Assembly: GCF_000023205.1 (NCBI RefSeq) | Contig: NC_012803.1 | Location: 2,070,001-2,102,000, forward strand | DNA length: 32,000 bases | Direction of reading: 5' to 3' | DNA from: Micrococcus luteus NCTC 2665 | GTDB taxonomy: Bacteria > Actinomycetota > Actinomycetes > Actinomycetales > Micrococcaceae | Shown: piece by piece, positions 8,839-16,517 of the stretch | Layout of the letters: every line of letters starts with the position of its first letter | Numbering within the stretch: position 1 is the stretch's first letter | Position numbers and translations under genes: made by a program | The notes under the pieces: model-generated | What the model saw: the letters and a program-made list of their open reading frames with translations, nothing else | Told to the model about the DNA's origin: nothing | Databases searched by the model: none

Positions 8839-9602
8839 GCGAAGGCCTTGACGGCCACGCCCGCGCCCTCGAGCGCGCGGCGCACGGCCGCGGCCATGGC
8901 CACGGCGCCGGGCGTGTCGCCGTGCAGGCAGATGCTCTCGGCGTCGACGCGCACGTCCGTGCCGTCCACTGCTGTGACGACGCCCTCGGTGGCCAGGCGC
9001 ACCATGCGGGCGGCGACGGCGTCCTCGTCGTGGAGGACCGCGCCGGGCTCGCGGCGGGAGACGAGCGTGCCGTCCGGGTTGTAGCCGCGGTCCGCGAAGG
9101 CCTCGGCGACGCCGCGCAGCCCCGCGGCGGCCGCCTTGTCCAGGGCGACGGAGCCGGGCAGGAGCAGCAGCGGGAGGTCGGAGCCGAACGCCTTGACGCC
9201 GTCGACGACGGCCTGGGCGTGCGCCTCGTGACGGACGATCGTGTTGTAGAGGGCGCCGTGCGGCTTCACGTAGCGGACCTGGCCGCCGGCCGCGCGGGCG
9301 AGCGCGTCGAGGGCGCCGATCTGGTAGTGGACGTCGTCGGCCAGCTCGGTGGGCGTGCAGTCCAGGAAGCGGCGGCCGAAGCCGGCGAGGTCGCGGTAGC
9401 CCACGTGCGCGCCGATCGTGACGCCGGCGGCGACCGCGTCACGGCAGGTCTGGGCGATCCCCGAGGGATCGCCCGCGTGGAAGCCGCACGCGACGTTGGC
9501 GGAGGAGACGGAGGGCATGATGGCGGCGTCGTCCCCCATCGTCCACGAGCCGAAGGACTCGCCGACGTCGGAGTTCAGGTCGATCTGCGGCGCGTGAGAC
9601 AC
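8835..9602 (-). CDS. pxpA: 5-oxoprolinase subunit A (LamB/YcsF family)
   Basis: [12 protein letters not shown]....[62 protein letters not shown] start at 9602-9600 with AGAGGA about 8 nt upstream. Confidence 0.93.
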   Translation of the reverse strand: MSHAPQIDLNSDVGESFGSWTMGDDAAIMPSVSSANVACGFHAGDPSGIAQTCRDAVAAGVTIGAHVGYRDLAGFGRRFLDCTPTELADDVHYQIGALDALARAAGGQVRYVKPHGALYNTIVRHEAHAQAVVDGVKAFGSDLPLLLLPGSVALDKAAAAGLRGVAEAFADRGYNPDGTLVSRREPGAVLHDEDAVAARMVRLATEGVVTAVDGTDVRVDAESICLHGDTPGAVAMAAAVRRALEGAGVAVKAFA

Positions 9603-9666
9603 AGTGGAGTCCTCTCGGATCGGGCCCGGCTGAGGTGCCGGTCACACAATCTTGAGGCATGAGGGG

Positions 9667-9683
9667 GGATTGTTCAACAATCC
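9667..9683. promoter_or_regulatory. Perfect 17-bp palindrome GGATTGTTcAACAATCC, candidate operator of the local GntR regulator
   Basis: It lies 65 nt upstream of the pxpA start and shares GGATTGTTCAACAA with 2419-2432. On the pxpA strand it contains TTGAAC, followed 17 nt later by CAAGAT, a weak -35/-10-like arrangement. Confidence 0.6.
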
Positions 9684-9721
9684 TCGGCGCGCCCTCCAGA
9701 CGCTCACCCGGTCCGCTCGGT

Positions 9722-9782
9722 AACGCGGGTTGAGTTATCGCGGGTGTCCGAGCCCGAGACCTGCGATAACTCAACCCGCGTT
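9722..9782. repeat. Perfect 20-bp inverted repeat (AACGCGGGTTGAGTTATCGC / GCGATAACTCAACCCGCGTT) with a 21-nt spacer
   Basis: Arms at 9722-9741 and 9763-9782 are exact reverse complements. It lies 20 nt downstream of the yqjG-like stop and upstream of the pxpA promoter region. No U-tract on either strand. Confidence 0.85.
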
Positions 9783-9802
9783 GCAGGCCGAGCCGGGCGG
9801 CC

Positions 9803-10954
9803 TCACCGCAGCGGCGTGTGCTCCGGGTCCACGCGCTCGCCCTCGCGCACGGGCCCGGGTGCGGTGCCGCCGCCCCACGGGTCGCCGCCGAACTCCTCGC
9901 GCCCGTGCTCGCTCAGCCAGCTCGCCAGCTCCGGGCCCGCGGGCACGATGCGCGTCGGGTTGATGTCCTCGTGGACCACGTAGTAGTGCTCCTTGATCTG
10001 CGCGAAGTCGATCGTGTCGCCGAAGCCCGGGGTCTGGAACAGGTCGCGCGCGTAGCCCCACAGCGCCGGCATCTCGGTCAGCTTGTTCCGGTTGCACTTG
10101 AAGTGCCCGTGGTACACGGGGTCGAACCGCACGAGCGTGGTGAACAGCCGCACGTCGGCCTCGGTGATCCGCTCCCCCATCAGGAAGCGGCGCGTCGTCA
10201 GGCGCTCCTCGAGCCAGTCCATCGCGGCCCACAGCCGCTCGTACGCGGCGTCGTACGCCTCCTGCGAGCCCGCGAAGCCGCACCGGTACACGCCGTTGTT
10301 CACCTCGGTGAACACGCGCTCGATCACCTCGAACATCTCGTCCCGCTCCGGTCCGGCGTCTGGGATCAGCTGCGGGGCGCCGTCGCGGTGGAACGTGGTC
10401 CACTCCGTCGAGAGGTCGAGGGTGATCTGCGGGTAGTCGTTGGTCACGACGCCGCCCGTCGGCACGTCGACGATCGCCGGCACCGTGATGCCCCGCGGAT
10501 AGTCGGGGAACCGCGTGAAGTAGTTCTCCTGGATCCGCTCGGTGCCGAGCACGGGGTCCTTCCCGCCCTCGTCGAGGTCGAAGGTCCAGGAGCGCTCGTC
10601 GTGGGTCGGCCCCGGGGTGCCCAGCGAGATCGCGTCCTCCAGGCCGAGCAGGCGCCGCACGATGATCGTCCGGTTCGCCCACGGGCACGCCCGCGCCGCC
10701 ACGAGCCGGTAGCGGCCCGCCTCGACGGGCCACGCCTCCGCCCCCTCGGTGAGCCCGCCGCCCACGCGGCCGACCGTGGACGGCTCGGCCACGGGCAGGG
10801 CCCGCACGGCCTCCGGGTCCGCCACGATCCGGTCCGCGATGTAGTTCGTGTCCCGCGTGAACTCCGCCCCGGACTGCACGTAATTGCCCGTGAGCCCCTC
10901 GCGCGTGTCGATGGTGCCGCGGTCCGCGGCCTGGCCGGTCTGCTGGTTCTCCAT
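9803..10954 (-). CDS. Xi-class glutathione S-transferase / glutathionyl-hydroquinone reductase (YqjG/ECM4 family)
   Basis: From the ATG at 10954, MENQQTG...GRYRLVAARACPWANRTIIVRRLLGLEDAISL carries the CPWA active-site motif. The C-terminal GST domain includes GERITEADVRLFTTLVRFDPVYHGHFKCN. The longer 654-aa ORF would overlap the divergent MBL gene. Confidence 0.9.
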   Translation of the reverse strand: MENQQTGQAADRGTIDTREGLTGNYVQSGAEFTRDTNYIADRIVADPEAVRALPVAEPSTVGRVGGGLTEGAEAWPVEAGRYRLVAARACPWANRTIIVRRLLGLEDAISLGTPGPTHDERSWTFDLDEGGKDPVLGTERIQENYFTRFPDYPRGITVPAIVDVPTGGVVTNDYPQITLDLSTEWTTFHRDGAPQLIPDAGPERDEMFEVIERVFTEVNNGVYRCGFAGSQEAYDAAYERLWAAMDWLEERLTTRRFLMGERITEADVRLFTTLVRFDPVYHGHFKCNRNKLTEMPALWGYARDLFQTPGFGDTIDFAQIKEHYYVVHEDINPTRIVPAGPELASWLSEHGREEFGGDPWGGGTAPGPVREGERVDPEHTPLR

Positions 10955-10966
10955 ACACTCGAGCCT

Positions 10967-11782
10967 ATGACGACGACCACCGCCACACCCGGCCCCACGC
11001 CCGCCCCGCTGGTGCGCTGCGTGACCGCCCAGAACCCCTCCCCGATGACCCTCGCGGGCACCAACACGTACGTGGTCGCCGCACCGGACTCGGACGCGGC
11101 CGTCGTGGTGGACCCGGGCCCGGAGGACGACGTCGCCGCCCACCTCGAGCGCGTCCGTGCGGCGGCCGAGGGGCGCCGGATCGCGCTCATCCTGGTGACG
11201 CACCGGCACGCCGACCACACCGGCGGGGTGGACGCGTTCCACGCGGCCACGGGCGCCCCCGTGCAGGCCGCGGACCCGGACTGGTGCCGCGGCGGGGCCG
11301 CCGTCCTGACGCCGGACGAACGGATCGACGTCGCCGGCACCCCGGTGCTGGCGTGGCACACCCCGGGCCACACCTCGGACTCCTACTCGTTCGCCGTCCC
11401 GGACGCCGGCGCGCACGGCGCGGTCCTCACGGGCGACACCATCCTCGGCTCGGGCACCACCATGCTCGACCACCCGGACGGCATCCTCACCGACTACCTG
11501 GCCAGCCTGCGCCGCCTCGAGGCGGCGGGCCCGCTCACGGTGCTGCCCGCGCACGGGCCCGTGCCGGAGCCGCTGGACGTCGTCGCCCGCGACTACCGGC
11601 ACCACCGCGAGGGCCGCCTGGAGCAGATCCGCGCCGCCCTGGCCGCGTTGCCCGAGGCCGAGGCGGCGACGATCACGCCCGAGGACCTGGCCCCGCGCAT
11701 CTACCCCGGCCTCACCGGCACCGTGGCCCGCGTGGCCGTCCAGACGGTGGCCGCGCACCTGCGCCACCTGCGCGAGGGCTGA
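10967..11782 (+). CDS. MBL-fold metallo-hydrolase (glyoxalase II-like)
   Basis: From the ATG at 10967: TNTYVV..., the LVTHRHADHTGG (HxHxDH) motif, WHTPGHTSDS, LTGDTILG and LPAHGP. Confidence 0.88.
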   Translation: MTTTTATPGPTPAPLVRCVTAQNPSPMTLAGTNTYVVAAPDSDAAVVVDPGPEDDVAAHLERVRAAAEGRRIALILVTHRHADHTGGVDAFHAATGAPVQAADPDWCRGGAAVLTPDERIDVAGTPVLAWHTPGHTSDSYSFAVPDAGAHGAVLTGDTILGSGTTMLDHPDGILTDYLASLRRLEAAGPLTVLPAHGPVPEPLDVVARDYRHHREGRLEQIRAALAALPEAEAATITPEDLAPRIYPGLTGTVARVAVQTVAAHLRHLREG

Positions 11783-11855
11783 GCCCCTCCGCCGCGGGCC
11801 CGGCCCGCACTACGCTGACCTCAGACCCGTCCCCTCGACCCCGCGGAGGCACCCC

Positions 11856-12392
11856 ATGACCATCCTCGTCGGCTACGCCCCCTCGAAGGCCGCGGACGCC
11901 GCTCTGGACACCGCCCTGGACATCGCCCGCTCCACCGGCGAGCGCGTGGTGGTGGTCAACGCGGGCCCCGGCGGCGAGCACCGCACCAAGTCCCTCGTCA
12001 CGGAGGAGCAGCAGCGCGGCGTGCAGTCCCGGTTGGACGCCTCCGGCGTGACGGCCGAGTTCCGCCAGTACGCGCGTGGCCGGTCCACGGTGGAGGAGAT
12101 GAAGGACGTGGCCGCGGAGCTGGACCCGTCCATCGTGGTCATCGGCGTGCGCCGCCGCGGCGGCTTCGGCCGGTTCGTCATGGGTTCGGTCTCGGACGAG
12201 CTGCTGCAGGAGATCGATCAGCCCGTGCTGTGCGTGAAGGAGTACCGGCAGTACGGGGACCACACGCCCGAGGCCGTGAGCCACGTCGCCGAGACGGACC
12301 CGGCCGCCCACGGCCTGCCCGCGTCCGAGCCGATGGCCGAGCGGCGCCGGCTCACGCCCGTCGACCCCGAGGACCCGACGCTCGAGCGCTGA
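11856..12392 (+). CDS. Universal stress protein (UspA family) with an approximately 45-aa C-terminal extension
   Basis: MTILVGYAPSKAADAALDTALDIA..., IVVIGVRRRGGFGRFVMGSVSDELLQEIDQPVLCV (the G-x2-G-x9-GS-like Usp motif). GGAGG lies 7 nt upstream of the ATG. Confidence 0.75.
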   Translation: MTILVGYAPSKAADAALDTALDIARSTGERVVVVNAGPGGEHRTKSLVTEEQQRGVQSRLDASGVTAEFRQYARGRSTVEEMKDVAAELDPSIVVIGVRRRGGFGRFVMGSVSDELLQEIDQPVLCVKEYRQYGDHTPEAVSHVAETDPAAHGLPASEPMAERRRLTPVDPEDPTLER

Positions 12393-12408
12393 GCGCTCCC
12401 GCCGGGCC

Positions 12409-13986
12409 TCAGTCCTCGTCGTCCTGACGGCGGCGCGTGACGGCGTCGTCGAGGAGGCCGTCCGCGAGGGAGCCGGCGCCGCTGCGCCGCCCGGCCTCGT
12501 CCGCCGCCGCGGCCTCCGCCGCCTGCTTGGCCTGCTGGGCGCGCCGCTCGGCGAACGCCTCCTCGCCCGGGCCGGCGAGTTCGCGGTTGCGCTGCACCGC
12601 CGTCATCGAGCCGGTGTACAGGCCGGAGTGGTCGCCCACGCGGGTCAGCGGTGTGGTGAGGGTGTCCGGGCGCGGATCGGCGCCGTCGACGCGCGGCAGC
12701 GGGGCGGTGCGCGGGCGCGGCTCGCGGGCCGCCACCCCGGAGCCGTCCGGGCCCGGCTCACCCGTCCGGTCGCCACCACGGGCCCCCGCGTCGGAGCCTT
12801 CGGAGGCGGGCGCCGCGTCGTCGTGGGCGGGGTGCCGGACCACCATGCGCTGCACCACGATGCCCTCGGGGTGCTCGTGGCGCAGGAAGGCCACGAGGTC
12901 CTCGCGCACGAGGCAGCGCAGGTCCCAGAGGTCGCCGGAGTTGCGGGCGGAGACCACGGCGCGGATGCGCACGACGCCGCCGGTCGCGTCGGTCACCTGC
13001 AGCGCGTGCTCGCGTCCGTCCCACAGGTCCGTGGACTCGAGCAGCTGGGCGAGGCGCTCGCGCAGCGCGTCCATGGGCACGCGCCAGTCCACGTCCAGCT
13101 CCACGACGCCGGAGACCTCGGAGCCCACCCGCGTCCAGTTCTCGAACGGCTGGGTGGTGAAGTGCGAGGACGGGTAGACCATGCGGCGACCGTCCCAGAG
13201 CTAGAGCACCACGTTGGACAGGGTGATCTCCTCGACGGTGCCGAACACGCCCTCCATGTCCACCACGTCGCCCACCCGGATCGCGTCCGTGAAGGCGAGC
13301 TGGAAGCCGGCGAACACGTTGGTCAGCGTGGACTGCACGGCCAGGCCGGCGATCACCGAGATCACACCGGCGGAGGCGAGCAGGCCGGCCCCGAGCGAGC
13401 GCACCTCGGGCACCCCCAGCAGGACCACGGCGACGGCCACCACCACGATCACCGCGTTGAGGATGCGCCGGAACAGGATGGTCTGCGTGCGGATGCGTCG
13501 CTCGCGGCGGTGCTCGACGCCGGTCTCCTGGTAGCGGCCGAGGATCCCCGCCTCGATCACGCCGACCAGGCGCCACGCGGCCCACGCGCCCGCGGCGGCC
13601 ACGGCGATGAGCATCAGGAACGACGCCGGCCGGTACCAGGTCTGCTCCTCGGCCATGACCCCGAGCCAGATCCGGGAGGCCAGCAGGCCGGCGGCGACGG
13701 CGGCCGGCAGACTCAGCCGCGCGGCGCCGTGCTGGAACGCGGGGCGGCGCACGAGCACGACGCGTGCCACCTGCAGGGCCAGGTACACGACCGCCGCGCC
13801 GATGGCGAACACCATCAGCACGGTCAGCAGCGTCCCCCATTCCACGCCGAAGGCCCGCGTGGTGGCGGCCGCCCTGTCCTGGATGTCCCCCTCCACCCCG
13901 TTCGGCACGGTCTCGCCCGCCAGGAGGCGGTCCAGTGTGGTCAGCAGGGGCGGGGTCGCGAGGGCGGGCAGGGTGGGGAGGACCAT
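12409..13986 (-). pseudogene. MscS-family mechanosensitive channel interrupted by one in-frame TAG (13203-13201)
   Basis: The upstream ORF ends ...GLAVQSTLTNVFAGFQLAFTDAIRVGDVVDMEGVFGTVEEITLSNVVL*. The same frame continues LWDGRRMVYPSSHFTTQPFENWTR..., which is the MscS TM3/beta-domain continuation. The two ORFs in the track (13201..13986 and 12409..13182) are in the same frame. Confidence 0.8.
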
Positions 13987-14120
13987 GACGACAGTCTGAC
14001 ACCCGCCCCCGGACGCACCCCGGAGAAGAGCACAATGGAGCCTGACCGTCCGCGCGGTCCGGGCCCGGCCGTCGTCGCGCCCCGTCCCGCCGGCCCGCCG
14101 CCGCCCCTCTGGAGGAATCC

Positions 14121-15437
14121 ATGCTCTCCGTCACCGACCTGCGCCCGCTCGACACCGCCACCGCGGACCTGTCCCGCATCATCCCGCGGGCGAACGTGGA
14201 CGTGTCCTCCGTGGTGCCGGTGGTCGCCCCGATCATCGAGCAGGTCCGCCACGGCGGCGAGCAGACCCTGCTGGAGCTGGCCGAGCGGTTCGACGGCGTC
14301 CGTCCGCCCGCCCTGCGCGTGCCCGCGGAGGCGCTCGAGGCCGCCCTGGCCGGGCTCGACCCTCGGGTGCGCGCCGCCCTGGAGGAGTCGATCCGCCGGG
14401 CCCGGCTCGTGCACGACGCCCAGCACCCCCAGGACTCCACGGTCGAGCTCGGCGAGGGCGCCGTCGTGGAGAACCACTGGACCCCCGTGGGCCGCGTGGG
14501 CCTGTACGTGCCCGGCGGCCGCGCCGTGTACCCCTCCTCGGTGGTGATGAACGTGGTGCCCGCGCAGGCGGCCGGCGTGGGGAGCCTCGCGGTGACCTCG
14601 CCCCCGCAGCGGGACCACGGCGGCCTGCCCCACCCCACCGTGCTCGCCGCGTGCGCGCTGCTCGGCGTGGACGAGGTCTACGCGGCCGGCGGCGCCCAGG
14701 CCGTCGCCATGCTGGCGCACGGCGTCCAGGACGACGACGGCGGGTGGCTCTGCGCGCCCGTCGACCTGGTGACGGGGCCCGGCAACGTGTACGTGGCCGC
14801 CGCGAAGCGCGCCCTGCAGGGCGTGATCGGCGTGGACGCCGAGGCCGGGCCGAGCGAGATCGCCGTGATCGCGGACGGCACCGCCCGCGCCGACTGGGTG
14901 GCCGCGGACCTGATCAGCCAGTCCGAGCACGACCCGCTGGCCGCCTCCGTGCTCATCACGGACTCCGAGGACCTGCTCCGGGACGTGCTGGCGGCGATCG
15001 AGGCGCAGGTGCCCGGGGCGTTCCACGAGGACCAGATCCGCGAGGCCCTCACCGGCCCCCAGTCCGGCGTGCTGCTGGTGCGGGACATGGACCAGGCCGT
15101 GGAGGTCTCCGACCGCTACGCCACCGAGCACCTGGAGATCCAGACGCGCGACCCCGAGGCCCTCGTGGGGCGCATCCGCAACGCCGGCGCCGTGTTCGTG
15201 GGCCCGCACGCCCCCGTGCCGCTGGGCGACTACTCGGCCGGGTCCAACCACGTGCTCCCCACCTCGGGGACGGCCCGGCACTCCTCCGGCCTGAACACCG
15301 TGACGTTCCTGCGCCTGCAGCAGCGCATCTGCTACACGGAGACCGGGCTCGAGGAGGTCGCGGACGGGATCGGCGTGCTGGCCGAGGACGAGCGCCTGCC
15401 CGCGCACGCCGCCGCGATCCGCGCCCGCTTCGCGTGA
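14121..15437 (+). CDS. hisD: Histidinol dehydrogenase
   Basis: [58 protein letters not shown] lies 6 nt upstream of the ATG. Confidence 0.95.
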   Translation: MLSVTDLRPLDTATADLSRIIPRANVDVSSVVPVVAPIIEQVRHGGEQTLLELAERFDGVRPPALRVPAEALEAALAGLDPRVRAALEESIRRARLVHDAQHPQDSTVELGEGAVVENHWTPVGRVGLYVPGGRAVYPSSVVMNVVPAQAAGVGSLAVTSPPQRDHGGLPHPTVLAACALLGVDEVYAAGGAQAVAMLAHGVQDDDGGWLCAPVDLVTGPGNVYVAAAKRALQGVIGVDAEAGPSEIAVIADGTARADWVAADLISQSEHDPLAASVLITDSEDLLRDVLAAIEAQVPGAFHEDQIREALTGPQSGVLLVRDMDQAVEVSDRYATEHLEIQTRDPEALVGRIRNAGAVFVGPHAPVPLGDYSAGSNHVLPTSGTARHSSGLNTVTFLRLQQRICYTETGLEEVADGIGVLAEDERLPAHAAAIRARFA

Positions 15438-15447
15438 GGGGGCGGGC

Positions 15448-15816
15448 GTGAGCGGCGTCCGCATCGACGCGTGGCTGTGGGCCGTGCGGCTGTACAAGAC
15501 CCGGTCCGCCGCGACGGCGGCGGTGCGCGCAGGCCACGTGCGCATCGACGGCGAGCCCGTGAAGGCGGCGACGCCCGTCGTCGTCGGGAACCGGGTGCGG
15601 GTGCGCCAGGACGGACGCGAGCGGATCCTCGAGGTCACGGGGCTGATCGCCAAGCGGGTGGGTGCCCCCGTGGCCCGGCAGCAGTATGTGGACCGCTCCC
15701 CGCCGCCCGTGCCGCGGGAGCTGCTCGCCGTGCCGTACCGCGAGCGCGGCGCGGGCCGGCCCACCAAACGGGACCGCCGGCAGCTGGACGCGCTGCGCGG
15801 CCGCGACCGACGCTGA
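15448..15816 (+). CDS. S4-domain RNA-binding protein (Hsp15/HslR-like)
   Basis: RIDAWLWAVRLYKTRSAATAAVRAGHVRIDGEPVKAATPVVVGNRVRV. GTG start preceded by GAGGGGG. Confidence 0.8.
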   Translation: MSGVRIDAWLWAVRLYKTRSAATAAVRAGHVRIDGEPVKAATPVVVGNRVRVRQDGRERILEVTGLIAKRVGAPVARQQYVDRSPPPVPRELLAVPYRERGAGRPTKRDRRQLDALRGRDRR

Positions 15817-15821
15817 GCGTC

Positions 15822-16517
15822 TCAGTCCTCCCCGATCCGAACGGCCCGGTCGACGGCCGCGTGGACGAGAGGGTCGTGGCTTGCTACGAGTACCGCTGCC
15901 CCGGCATCGGCGTGCTCGCGCAGCAGAGCGATGGCCTCACGCGCCGTGACGCCGTCGAGGTGACCGGTGGGCTCGTCGGCCACGATCAGCTGCGGTCGCT
16001 TGGAAAGGGCTCGGACGAGGGCCACCCGCTGGGCCTCGCCCCCGGACAGCCGGCAGGCGGGCATGCCGAGCCGGTGCCCCAGTCCGAGCCGCTCGAGCTG
16101 GCCCCGAACCGTCTCCTGCGCCTCGCGCACCGACCCCGCCAGGCGCCCGCCGTGGATCCACACCCCCGCGTTGTCGAGCGCGGAGAGTTCCCCGATGAGT
16201 TCGCAGGACTGGTCCACGTAGCCCAGGTGCTCGCGTCGGTACCGGGCGAGGTCCCCGGCCGAGAGGTCCGCGACCTCCCCCTCCAGGGTTCCGTCGGAGC
16301 TGCGGTAGGCGATCCGCCCGGCCAATGGCCGCGACAGCCCGGCGAGGTGGCGGATCAGGGAGGACTTCCCGGTGCCGGAGCGGCCCCACAGCCCCACGAC
16401 GTCACCGGGCGCGAGGGTCAGGTCCAGGGATTCGATGAGCACGCGAGTAAAGCCGTCGGAGTGGCGGTAGCCGACCTGCACGCGGTCAAGGGTGAGCACG
16501 GGCGCGATCACTCTCAT
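15822..16517 (-). CDS. ABC transporter ATP-binding protein (MacB/LolD-like)
   Basis: Walker A GRSGTGKSS, signature LSGGEAQRVALVRAL and Walker B LIVADEPTGHLD. The ATG at 16517 overlaps the permease stop (ATGA). Confidence 0.9.
   Translation of the reverse strand: MRVIAPVLTLDRVQVGYRHSDGFTRVLIESLDLTLAPGDVVGLWGRSGTGKSSLIRHLAGLSRPLAGRIAYRSSDGTLEGEVADLSAGDLARYRREHLGYVDQSCELIGELSALDNAGVWIHGGRLAGSVREAQETVRGQLERLGLGHRLGMPACRLSGGEAQRVALVRALSKRPQLIVADEPTGHLDGVTAREAIALLREHADAGAAVLVASHDPLVHAAVDRAVRIGED

Noticed and set aside
10955-11767. N-terminal 271 aa of the 654-aa ORF 9803..11767 (and the mirror-image N-terminal part of 9818..11782)
   Set aside because: The GST-like homology starts only at the internal ATG 10954 (MENQQ...). 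The extension is antisense to the MBL hydrolase gene and is low-complexity. Likewise, the MBL homology starts at ATG 10967.
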